From IMG/VR virus record IMGVR_UViG_3300038530_003085, positions 1-64,000 of that record: 64,000 nucleotides of DNA; one strand, written 5' to 3'. A program made the position numbers and the translations under genes. The stretch is from a virus (taxonomy: Duplodnaviria > Caudoviricetes). The notes under the pieces are model-generated. The model was given only the letters and a program-made list of their open reading frames with translations. It did not search any database and had not been told where the DNA came from. Of this stretch, positions 55,868 to 64,000 are shown one piece after another. Every line of letters begins with the position of its first letter. The first letter of the stretch is position 1.

Positions 55868-56626
55868 CTACGAAAAAGGCTCTGTCTTTAATAGTTCTGC
55901 TGTATCTTCCCAGGTTTCTACCTCATAAGCGGCGCCATTTCGATGCTGACGCAATACCTCAGCCAAGGAGTGGTCATTACCTGGGAAAGGAATTCTATCG
56001 CCTACAAAGTGAATCTGATTGTATTCCAAAGCCTCAACAAAAAAACGTGGAATAACCTGTGACTTATCATTGCCCTTATTAAAAATATCCATTGAGACGG
56101 CACCACCAATAACAAAGTCAAGTTCAGGATACTTTTTACGAAGTTTGTTAACTATTCTGGCCCTTTCTTTATTTTCAATATCGTACTTTTCGTAATCCAT
56201 TCGCTGCTTTTTGGTAGCGTTTCTGCCAACAATTGAAAAGTTAATCATACCAGTTCTCAAATCATGATGTTTCCCTGTCTTTGTGTGATAATTGGACTTT
56301 GCGACGTAAGAATTCAATGATCTATAAAGGTTTTTAGGTGCAATAAATTTATTTTCATAGACAATATCCCATTCGTGCATACCTGAATTATTAATTTGTT
56401 CACGTCTCTGATAAAAAACATTACCCATACAAGCGAATACACCCTGAGTAGAGTTAATAATATCAGTGCCAAGTTGATCAATTAGCCTTACAAATGAACC
56501 ACCGGATACGATATAAACCTCTTTGTCATCCATCCAATGCAAAAATGTTTTTTTAAATTTATCGTCTATCTTCGACTTAGCAGGTGTTAAAGTTCCGTCA
56601 ACGTCAAACAAATAAATACTACCCAT
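55868..56626 (-). CDS. HAD-superfamily phosphomannomutase (PMM/SEC53-like)
   Basis: LFDVDGTLTP, VSGG, RTGMINFSIVGRNA, IGGAVSMDIF..G.DK, IHFVGD..GND. Confidence 0.82.
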   Translation of the reverse strand: MGSIYLFDVDGTLTPAKSKIDDKFKKTFLHWMDDKEVYIVSGGSFVRLIDQLGTDIINSTQGVFACMGNVFYQRREQINNSGMHEWDIVYENKFIAPKNLYRSLNSYVAKSNYHTKTGKHHDLRTGMINFSIVGRNATKKQRMDYEKYDIENKERARIVNKLRKKYPELDFVIGGAVSMDIFNKGNDKSQVIPRFFVEALEYNQIHFVGDRIPFPGNDHSLAEVLRQHRNGAAYEVETWEDTAELLKTEPFS

Positions 56627-56629
56627 ATC

Positions 56630-56980
56630 TCATCTCCAAAATAATTGCACTGCCACAATAAGTGCGGAAAGTAATACGCACACCATAGTTTTTAATGTGA
56701 ACATACTTTCATTTAGGTAATACCAAGTCAATATAGGAAATGTGAGGTAAGACATACAAAAAATCAAAAATCTAGGACCCCAGACTTCACCCCACTCTTC
56801 ATAACAAAGCTTGATACCGTACCAAAAACAGATACCTGTCGGTACAGAAAATAATACTGCGGCTAAAAGTGGCTTGTCTTTCCACCAGTCCCACACGAAT
56901 TGCGAGTTTAGCTGAAACCAGCCAAGTGTTTGGCCAAGTGCAAATAGGAAACACGCAAATAAAATATTAAAAGTTGGCAA
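56630..56980 (-). CDS. Four-TM small membrane protein (DMT/SMR-like)
   Basis: Four hydrophobic segments; YLNE before the last helix. Confidence 0.55.
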   Translation of the reverse strand: MPTFNILFACFLFALGQTLGWFQLNSQFVWDWWKDKPLLAAVLFSVPTGICFWYGIKLCYEEWGEVWGPRFLIFCMSYLTFPILTWYYLNESMFTLKTMVCVLLSALIVAVQLFWR

Positions 56981-57731
56981 TCAGAACCTCCTCAGCAAAC
57001 TTTGTTGCCTCTGTATTTCTACCCCATTTGTCAATAATTTTGACATTATAATCTTTGTACAAGTTTAGCGCTTGTTTGGAGTAATTGTATAATATAATAA
57101 CCTTTTTGTCCGTGTTGTCAATAAATTTTTTTAAATCTTTATGTATTACTCTGGTCTGCTCAAAACCAAGATTTTTACCATCTTCTAAAAAATTGAATGA
57201 AAAATTTCTGACCGGCAAAAAAACATAGTCACATCTATTTTGAATCTTGTTTATGGAATTAATAAAATTATCATCTTTGTCAAATACAACATGTAAATTT
57301 TCATTTTGATATGATTTAAGCTTAATCAGTTTTCTGCTAAAGTCCACATTATCTAATAGCTTACCAGAAGATACGTACCCCAAGTCAGAACTATGGTTCA
57401 ATAAATAAAACATAGCAGATCTAATAAATGGATCATGATATTTTGGCCACTCTTTCTGCAACACATCAAAAATATTTTCACTTTCTATGGGGCAGAAATG
57501 TTTTACAATCTCTGACAGTCTGTTAGCATCGTGCTGTAGGCACTCCCAAAACTCGTAGTTCACGTATTTATTGGTGTGAGCAACGACAAATCTTTTGTCT
57601 CCAGCCAACTGGGACTCTATATTCCCATCATACAATAGGAAAGAATGCACGACTGAGCCAACAGGTATTATTTTTTTTAGTGTTGAGAGCGATTTACTAT
57701 CACTAATCGGAGACTTCAGAGGATTGTTCAT
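56967..57731 (-). CDS. Degenerate Dam/D12-class DNA adenine methylase homolog
   Basis: RSAMFYLLN and EVLIANF retained; FxGxG and DPPY absent. Confidence 0.5.
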   Translation of the reverse strand: MNNPLKSPISDSKSLSTLKKIIPVGSVVHSFLLYDGNIESQLAGDKRFVVAHTNKYVNYEFWECLQHDANRLSEIVKHFCPIESENIFDVLQKEWPKYHDPFIRSAMFYLLNHSSDLGYVSSGKLLDNVDFSRKLIKLKSYQNENLHVVFDKDDNFINSINKIQNRCDYVFLPVRNFSFNFLEDGKNLGFEQTRVIHKDLKKFIDNTDKKVIILYNYSKQALNLYKDYNVKIIDKWGRNTEATKFAEEVLIANF

Positions 57732-58101
57732 CGCTCATTCTCTCAGAAAATGCTTTAAGCTTTTGCTCAATATTATTAAACGTATCCGCATTCGGGGCGA
57801 ATGGATTAACTTGGTGCTCAGGTTCTTGTTGCACAGCCTGTCGAGGCTCCTCAACATTCATCCTAATATAGCCCGTCACGATCTTGGTTATGTCATCAAG
57901 GATATGATCGGCACGAGAGAGAGAAAGTCTCAGTTCATTAATCTGTTTTATGCCCTCGACAGAAATGACATCTGCGACAAGTTCATTGTATAATTCACCA
58001 GTGACTTCGTTTTCAGCGCCAAACTTTTCAACCAGCCTTTCAACCTCACTAGGTAACTCATCTAAATCAATTGAAAATTGTATATTTACTCTTTGTGACA
58101 C
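57703..58101 (-). CDS. Hypothetical protein
   Basis: GAGG SD. Confidence 0.6.
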   Translation of the reverse strand: MSQRVNIQFSIDLDELPSEVERLVEKFGAENEVTGELYNELVADVISVEGIKQINELRLSLSRADHILDDITKIVTGYIRMNVEEPRQAVQQEPEHQVNPFAPNADTFNNIEQKLKAFSERMSDEQSSEVSD

Positions 58102-58102
58102 T

Positions 58103-58420
58103 TTAACCTCTCAAAATTGTTTTTGTTTGTTGTAATTTTTCTTCTACTAATTGCGGTGAGCCAACTACAATAATTTCAGTGCCAGTTTGACCACGATTAA
58201 TGGTCAGCTTGGTAAACTGGTGATTACTATCCATACCGGGTAACAACGAATTACTTTCGTTTAATTGTCCAAGGCGTGAGTCTTCACGTATCATTACTAC
58301 GTGCTCAGGGTTGACAAAAATATCACGCAGGGAATACTCTTGTTTTGAAGAGGTAAGAGTATTTCTTTGACAAACCTCTGTCAGCTTAACTAACATATTC
58401 ATTCTCCATTGGATATACAT
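58103..58420 (-). CDS. Hypothetical protein, weak FlbD-like pattern
   Basis: VKLT..FVNPEHVVMIRE..TKL..IIV. Confidence 0.5.
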   Translation of the reverse strand: MYIQWRMNMLVKLTEVCQRNTLTSSKQEYSLRDIFVNPEHVVMIREDSRLGQLNESNSLLPGMDSNHQFTKLTINRGQTGTEIIVVGSPQLVEEKLQQTKTILRG

Positions 58421-58595
58421 CCCTTCTTTTTAAATTCCATTCTGCACCATTAGCATAAACAAGATAAACAGTGTTAGTGCCTCCCAAATAAACACCAACG
58501 ATGGGTCTATCAGTTGTTCGATGTCTCATACCACTACCGGCATCTGACCACAATTGTACGCCCTGCGGAATATGAATTAAATCTCCTTGATTCAT
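58386..58595 (-). CDS. Small SH3/KOW-like protein (start MNQGD)
   Basis: ATGA overlap with the groEL stop. Confidence 0.5.
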   Translation of the reverse strand: MNQGDLIHIPQGVQLWSDAGSGMRHRTTDRPIVGVYLGGTNTVYLVYANGAEWNLKRRDVYPMENEYVS

Positions 58596-60178
58596 ACATC
58601 GGCCCCAGTTTGAACAATTCCGTAGTTTGTTGTTATCAGTGTTCCGGCGCAACTAGCGGCATTTTGCAGGGCAGTACGTGTAACCTTCACGGGATCAATG
58701 ACACCATCACTTGTTAAATCTGTTAGTTGGTTACTCCTAAAGTTCCAGCCCATATTAGTATCAGAATCCAAAACTTCTTGTACAATAATGTCAGGAGACA
58801 AGCCAGCGTTTTCAGCCATCTGTCTAATGGGTGCATAACAGGCATTCTTAACAATGACAGCGCCATTAATCTGCTCATGGTGGCCATCTTCAGTGGCAAT
58901 AACCATCTTTTGACAAGCACGTAATAACGCTGTCCCGCCACCGGGCACTACACCCTCATCTTGTGCGGCTTTTACAGCCTCTAGTGCATCCTCAATCCTG
59001 TGCTTTTTCTCGGTCATTTCAACTTCTGTTGCTCCACCAACACGGATGACAGCTACGCCGGATGCAAGTCGTGTAATTCTATTTTGTATCATTCTGCAAG
59101 CGTCAAGAGAGTCGGTATCTTCCATAATTGCTTTTAACGAGTCAATTTTACTTTCGATAACTTCAACATTGGCATTGCCACCAACAAAGATAGTACTATT
59201 TTTACTTGACTCAACAAATTTAGAAGTCCCAAAATCAATCATCTTGGTATCTTGCAATTTCTTGCCGCTCTCCTTTGATACAAATGTTGCACCTACAGAT
59301 AATGCCAAATCAGACAATGTGTTTCTACGCTCCTCTCCGTATCCGGGGGCTTTGATGGCAGCTACCTTCATCGTACCTCGCATAGCATTCATAATTAACG
59401 CTGCTAATGCTTGGCCTTCAATGTCTTCAGAAACAATAATCAATGGGCGACCTTCGCGCGCTGCAGTCTCAAGCACAGGCAGGATTTGATCAACCGAAGT
59501 AATTCGATAATCGGTTACCAATATCATAGGATCATCGTGATGCATTACAGCCCTGCGATCATCTGTAACAAAAGCAGAGGCACAATACCCAGAATTAAAA
59601 CTAAAGCCCTCTGTGATATCGAGGGAGGTGTCAATAGAATTTGATTCCTCAATTGTAATTGAGCCATCATGGCCAACCCGGTCAAAAGCCATTGCAATGA
59701 GTTTTCCAATGGACGCATCATTGTTGGCCGATATAGTGGCAATGTGCTCAACATCTTCAAGACTATTAATCGGTATCGCCATATCTTTCAGATTTAAGAC
59801 AACTTGTTTAACAGAGGCCTCAATGCCGCGTTGTAGCTCAATTGGTGAAACCCCAGACGCAATAAATTTCTGTGCTTCTGTTAAAATAGAGCGAGCCAAC
59901 ACGGTTGATGTAGTGGTGCCATCTCCAGCACCGTTGTTAGTTTCAATAGCTGCTTGTCGAATGATTTGAGCACCAGCGTTTTCAAATGGATCATCAAGAG
60001 AAACAAACGCGGCAACAGTAACACCGTCCTTGGTAATAAATGGATTCTTGCCTTTTTCTTGTAGCAGAACATTTCGGCCGCGAGGGCCGAGTGTAGAGGC
60101 AACGTTGTCTGCTAGAACATTGGCTCCTGTTATAATCTTTTGTTGTAATGATTGATTGTCGTCATATGCTCGACTCAT
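58592..60178 (-). CDS. groEL: Chaperonin GroEL (phage-type, no GGM tail)
   Basis: TLGPRGRNV, ITKDGVTVA, GDGTTT, KAPGYG, VGGATE.E, RIEDAL, VPGGG, GVIDP.KV. Confidence 0.95.
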   Translation of the reverse strand: MSRAYDDNQSLQQKIITGANVLADNVASTLGPRGRNVLLQEKGKNPFITKDGVTVAAFVSLDDPFENAGAQIIRQAAIETNNGAGDGTTTSTVLARSILTEAQKFIASGVSPIELQRGIEASVKQVVLNLKDMAIPINSLEDVEHIATISANNDASIGKLIAMAFDRVGHDGSITIEESNSIDTSLDITEGFSFNSGYCASAFVTDDRRAVMHHDDPMILVTDYRITSVDQILPVLETAAREGRPLIIVSEDIEGQALAALIMNAMRGTMKVAAIKAPGYGEERRNTLSDLALSVGATFVSKESGKKLQDTKMIDFGTSKFVESSKNSTIFVGGNANVEVIESKIDSLKAIMEDTDSLDACRMIQNRITRLASGVAVIRVGGATEVEMTEKKHRIEDALEAVKAAQDEGVVPGGGTALLRACQKMVIATEDGHHEQINGAVIVKNACYAPIRQMAENAGLSPDIIVQEVLDSDTNMGWNFRSNQLTDLTSDGVIDPVKVTRTALQNAASCAGTLITTNYGIVQTGADV

Positions 60179-60201
60179 TAATACCTCTCAGTTGTGTAAA
60201 T

Positions 60202-60230
60202 ATTATATATCATTAAAAGAAAAATGTCAA
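60202..60230 (-). promoter_or_regulatory. Consensus sigma70 promoter of the groEL operon
   Basis: TTGACA-N17-TATAAT. Confidence 0.8.
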
Positions 60231-60235
60231 TTTAT

Positions 60236-61930
60236 TTATTGGGTGTCTCTAACTTTTTCTGTCTTTGTTTCGATATTTTGTGCGTCACCAATCGCGCTAG
60301 TTGCTTTTTCCGTATCTGCTAAACCACTAGCAAAGAACCCGTTCAAGTTATCAGAAAGCTCCCTAAGAGACTCAAAGATAGCAAATACTTCAGAATTAAG
60401 TAAAGATGTAGTTTGAGCTAACATTTGTTGAATTGCTGCAGCACCAACTTCAAGGGTTGCCATAGGCTTAGCTAGATTCAATACTTCTGACCTGTTAAGA
60501 GAAAACTGCATTTCATTCAAATAGCCATTTGATTTTAACAATGCTTGCTTTTGAGCTTCTTTATTGCCTTTAATACCATTATAATATTCAATACTTCTCT
60601 CGGCGGCCGCATTAATGTTTGCAGCCTCTGCGGACCTTTCCTTACCTTTGCTGCCTTTTGTTACACGATAACTTGACAAAGATGGAAGGATTTGTGCAAT
60701 TTTTTCCTTTCGTCCAGCGCGAAGTTCTCCAACTTGTTCTGAAGCTTTGTCTAGCGCAGAATAGATAGCTAACACAACCTGCCCCAACTCCTGTGCGTTC
60801 TCAAGCGCTGGAATACCTCTGAGAACTTGCTCCATATTCTCTCGATTGGATTTCTTTCTTTTGTCAGCATAGCGTCGAACAGGGGTGGATGAACTTGCAA
60901 TCGAAAACATTTCATCAGTACCATATTGGAAATAGGGACTTGAAACAATGGCATTAACAATTTGATCATTATTAATTAAATCATTGAGGTTTTGAACAAA
61001 AAGCTCTTGAACCATATCTGTCGTTACCCTAATCCGCTCAGGTGCCTCAACATCAGATAGTTCGTTGCCCTCAAGTGGCAGGATAATACATGCTGCGGAT
61101 GCTGGTTTCGATTCACCAATAATATCCATAATGTTATCAAGAGTGAAATCAAACTGATAGAAAGTTAGGTTTCCTGTTAAGTTTTCCGCTTCTCCTTTAA
61201 GATTTTTCATAACGACAAGATATGTCATTCTATTGTCTTTAGAATCGTTTAATAAATCGCCGACAAGATCAACAAAACTACCTCCAACCTCTACGCTCTT
61301 TTCATTATAAAGTTTAAGACTGATAGGCTCACCATCTGTACCGCCAGCATAGAAATCTGCAATTGTTCCCGTATTGGCAGGCACCTGAACACCATCTAAT
61401 AGTGTTGCTAGGAAAGATTCAAAACTGAAACCGGCTGATGATGCGTTGAAATTAGCAATGATTTTTGTCAGCGTTTTATAGAAAACAAGCATTGATACAG
61501 CCTGTTGGACCTTAGCAGATCTTGTTTTCGCAGATTGAAGATATTGTTCGGGATTGTTATAAAAATTTGATAGTTTACTAAGTTGTTCAGGCAACGAATT
61601 AAGTCCGCGGACAGAATCTGCACCAAGTATGTTCTCTAAATAACTCTCAAGAAGCTGACGTTCGCGACCCTTAACTGGCGCGCCTCCACCATCGGGAGTG
61701 CGTACATCAGACCAGCCTAATTCTGAAACTTCGATTTCAGGGATCATAGAAAGTTTAAACGTTAAATCTCGTGATTTCTTTTCGGACACAATAGCTTTAT
61801 CGTAAATCACTTTGGTAACACTATCAATGATCTGTTCCAATTCATTTAATGGTGAGGCTTCTTTTGTGTTTTCTCGAACCTCGATAAACATATCTTTTAA
61901 ATAATTTGACACTTCATACTCCTTATACAA
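60236..61930 (-). CDS. Large hypothetical protein, possible PD-(D/E)XK-like core
   Basis: GFSFESFLA..IADF..ISLKL. Confidence 0.55.
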   Translation of the reverse strand: MYKEYEVSNYLKDMFIEVRENTKEASPLNELEQIIDSVTKVIYDKAIVSEKKSRDLTFKLSMIPEIEVSELGWSDVRTPDGGGAPVKGRERQLLESYLENILGADSVRGLNSLPEQLSKLSNFYNNPEQYLQSAKTRSAKVQQAVSMLVFYKTLTKIIANFNASSAGFSFESFLATLLDGVQVPANTGTIADFYAGGTDGEPISLKLYNEKSVEVGGSFVDLVGDLLNDSKDNRMTYLVVMKNLKGEAENLTGNLTFYQFDFTLDNIMDIIGESKPASAACIILPLEGNELSDVEAPERIRVTTDMVQELFVQNLNDLINNDQIVNAIVSSPYFQYGTDEMFSIASSSTPVRRYADKRKKSNRENMEQVLRGIPALENAQELGQVVLAIYSALDKASEQVGELRAGRKEKIAQILPSLSSYRVTKGSKGKERSAEAANINAAAERSIEYYNGIKGNKEAQKQALLKSNGYLNEMQFSLNRSEVLNLAKPMATLEVGAAAIQQMLAQTTSLLNSEVFAIFESLRELSDNLNGFFASGLADTEKATSAIGDAQNIETKTEKVRDTQ

Positions 61931-62555
61931 TAATGTCTGCGATCCCTAGTTCTACCGCTTCTTCTGCAGATAAATAGACATTTACTTTCTTCTCCAGAAG
62001 CTTCTTTAAATCTTTCTTTGTCAAGTTGGTCTCTGCTATGAGGGCGTCACTGTACATTTTTTGTATCTGCTCGATGGCATCCATTTCATTTATAAGATTG
62101 TGAAGTGGGCCATGGCTACCACCAATAACAGAGTGAACCATTACTCTACAGTTTTTACCAATACAACGCTTTCCTTTGGTGCCGGCAGCTAATAACAAGA
62201 CGCCTGCTGACATAACCTTGCCCAAACCAATAGTTTGAATTGGGGTGCGCTCTCTTATTACACGCATTATATCATACATCCCAAACATATCATCAGCGGA
62301 GCCACCATACGTTGAGATATAAAATTCTACTGGTCTATTTTCGTCAGTGATTCTGTTAATCTCGTCGAGATATATCAGCGCGTGTATCAACTCAGCTATT
62401 TTGTCGTCTGAAACATCAGAGAACAAACCTATCACTCGCAAGTCCGGTTGCGGAGGAGAAGCAAGTAGTTTTTCAAGTTCACTTTCTAAAAGTTTCTTTT
62501 CTTTGTCACTAACCTTTTTACCACCTGCAATCCTATCCAATATTCTATTAATCAT
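61923..62555 (-). CDS. clpP: ClpP-family protease subunit
   Basis: FYISTYGGS, GLGKVMSAG, GTKGKR, RVMVHS, YLSAEEAVELGIAD. Confidence 0.88.
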   Translation of the reverse strand: MINRILDRIAGGKKVSDKEKKLLESELEKLLASPPQPDLRVIGLFSDVSDDKIAELIHALIYLDEINRITDENRPVEFYISTYGGSADDMFGMYDIMRVIRERTPIQTIGLGKVMSAGVLLLAAGTKGKRCIGKNCRVMVHSVIGGSHGPLHNLINEMDAIEQIQKMYSDALIAETNLTKKDLKKLLEKKVNVYLSAEEAVELGIADIIV

Positions 62556-62985
62556 TATCTATTCTCCAAAATTTATATGCCTCTTCTTGATGGAGAACAA
62601 GGTATTGCATTGCAGAATCCCAATCATCAAATCCTATGATATCTCTAAATGTTTGAGGTGTGTTATTAATTAACCACATTACACTCTTACTTTTAAAACT
62701 TTTTCTTTCGTCTTCTACGCCTCTTTTAAACCTATCAATAACAATTTGATCACTCTCAGAATCTTTAAGATTTGTGAGCATTACTTCTTCTGCAATTTTA
62801 TAATTTTCCATTGCTTTTGCCATCATCAATAAGTAGATGACTCTACCTGATTTCATTAATTTAAGTGAAACCCTCGTTGACTTAAAAAAATAAAACGTTT
62901 GACATGTGACATATCCAAACAAAAAAACTAGCGCATATAACCAAAATGGATCCACAATACCCCCGAAAAAAATAACCACTAGCAT
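62548..62985 (-). CDS. Membrane-anchored hypothetical protein
   Basis: N-terminal TM segment. Confidence 0.6.
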   Translation of the reverse strand: MLVVIFFGGIVDPFWLYALVFLFGYVTCQTFYFFKSTRVSLKLMKSGRVIYLLMMAKAMENYKIAEEVMLTNLKDSESDQIVIDRFKRGVEDERKSFKSKSVMWLINNTPQTFRDIIGFDDWDSAMQYLVLHQEEAYKFWRIDND

Positions 62986-62999
62986 TGCTGCTAATGGTT

Positions 63000-63028
63000 A
63001 TTATAATGACTCACAACAGTTTTGTCAA
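63000..63028 (-). promoter_or_regulatory. Consensus sigma70 promoter of the clpP operon
   Basis: TTGACA-N17-TATAAT. Confidence 0.8.
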
Positions 63029-63643
63029 CTATTTTGATGTTAATCTGTTTAAAATTCTTTCTGCGAGTTGATCAATCATCTCTGCATTTTCGTTTTTTGC
63101 CTGAAGTCTCTCAGCAACTCGACGTGCGATTTCATTGACAACTTCTTCTTCATTGATATCATCATCGTGTTCTTCTTCCATCATAGGATCATCGTCACCG
63201 TCATCCATCGCATCTACCGCGGCGTCCATTTCCATACCACCGGGCTCATCCTCACGATCCATATCCATTTCAGCATCGTCATCCATATCAACCTCAACTT
63301 CATCATCTAAAACGTCTTCGAGGGCAGATTCAAGCGCTCCCATAAAGTCATCGATAGACACCATCTTGGCACCGCCAGCAGGGGCGTCCATTTTCATATC
63401 CATGTCCATATCCATTTTTGGGGCATCATCGTCATCATCGCCCATATCCATATCCATTTCTTCGGAAGTTACACCAGCTTCGCCGGCAGGATCATCGTCT
63501 TGAACGTTTTCACCCTCTTCCATAGTATCGTCTTCATCTTGACCATACATTTCTCTAATTTTATCATCACCGATGGGTCTAAGTTCAGCAAGCTTCATAA
63601 AGCTACGAAGTTCAGCCTCGGTTAAAAGTGTTTTGCGAGCCAT
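63029..63643 (-). CDS. Highly acidic Met/Asp-rich protein, scaffold/core-like
   Basis: MARKTLLTEAE leader; MDMDM runs; AAGGAG SD; ACTATTTA upstream. Confidence 0.65.
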   Translation of the reverse strand: MARKTLLTEAELRSFMKLAELRPIGDDKIREMYGQDEDDTMEEGENVQDDDPAGEAGVTSEEMDMDMGDDDDDAPKMDMDMDMKMDAPAGGAKMVSIDDFMGALESALEDVLDDEVEVDMDDDAEMDMDREDEPGGMEMDAAVDAMDDGDDDPMMEEEHDDDINEEEVVNEIARRVAERLQAKNENAEMIDQLAERILNRLTSK

Positions 63644-63735
63644 TATATTTCTCCTTTAAAATGTGTAAATTTACAATTTTGGCATCAAAATAAGTCAGTA
63701 ATAAATAGTCCTGTATTTTACAAAAACTAATAAAA

Positions 63736-63987
63736 TTACCATTCTACGCCTAAGCGGCGTAACTTCATAAGAGCTTTTTGCTCTATTTGTTTAACTCTGG
63801 CAAACGAAATTGACAGTCGCTCACCTATTTCTCTAAGGGTCATTGAGTCGTTTTCATTGATTGAAATGAGCGTACAATTTTTCTCATCTGGGTAATCAAT
63901 CCACATTCTACAACTTTCCACAGGACAACTAGTATTAAGTTCTATACATTTTCTGGAACATGGTCTGAGACCATCAAAGTTTTTCAT
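63736..63987 (-). CDS. Stand-alone sigma70 region-4 HTH protein with Cys-rich N-terminus
   Basis: MTLREIGERLSISFARVKQIEQKALMKLR; five Cys upstream. Confidence 0.75.
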   Translation of the reverse strand: MKNFDGLRPCSRKCIELNTSCPVESCRMWIDYPDEKNCTLISINENDSMTLREIGERLSISFARVKQIEQKALMKLRRLGVEW

Positions 63988-64000
63988 AGCTCTGGGTGTT

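Noticed and set aside
58386-58595. GroES next to groEL
   Set aside because: Lacks GroES motifs (PLxDRV, GGI, GxG); resembles the small SH3-like family
828-63503. All plus-strand ORFs in the track (e.g. 14406-15287, 35099-35785, 59046-59489)
   Set aside because: Nearly all are antisense shadows of well-supported minus-strand genes, and none shows a recognisable motif or convincing SD
1-64000. Stop-codon reassignment
   Set aside because: Conserved genes are full length in the standard code, all three stops are used, and no suppressor tRNA was seen

Overview
This window is most consistent with a segment of a large (jumbo/huge, T4-like-related) tailed bacteriophage genome. Essentially every credible gene is on the minus strand, with Shine-Dalgarno sites, ATGA stop/start overlaps, host sigma70-type promoters and a probable phage late-promoter motif (ACTANTTA). 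By coordinate: a sugar-modification cluster (wecB plus four glycosyltransferase-like genes, 1-5.6 kb); Cas4-like nuclease, PIN-PhoH, HNH, cytidylyltransferase, three tRNAs and a complete tmRNA (5.6-12.5 kb); probable virion/internal proteins and secreted or lipoproteins (12.7-28 kb); a largely non-coding origin/packaging-like stretch (28.7-29.5 kb); an early-type, partly GC-richer accessory region (29.5-46 kb) with a MoxR ATPase, a vWA-peptidase, four more tRNAs and many tiny SH3/KOW-like 'MKVGDLV' genes; then a Pol-beta-type nucleotidyltransferase, tail/receptor-binding-like proteins, a eukaryote-type phosphomannomutase, a degenerate Dam, GroEL, ClpP and a stand-alone sigma-region-4 protein (47-64 kb). 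The most striking unexplained structure is a 53-54 bp element present nine times (TGACA-N6-TGACA-N9-[-35]-N17-TATATT). In every copy it both supplies the stop codon of the upstream gene and forms the promoter of the downstream gene. Together with the dual-frame ATGAAAGTCGGTGA joint of the small-gene array, this suggests a regulated and possibly shuffled gene-cassette system. All family calls come from motif recognition by eye; no searches were run.
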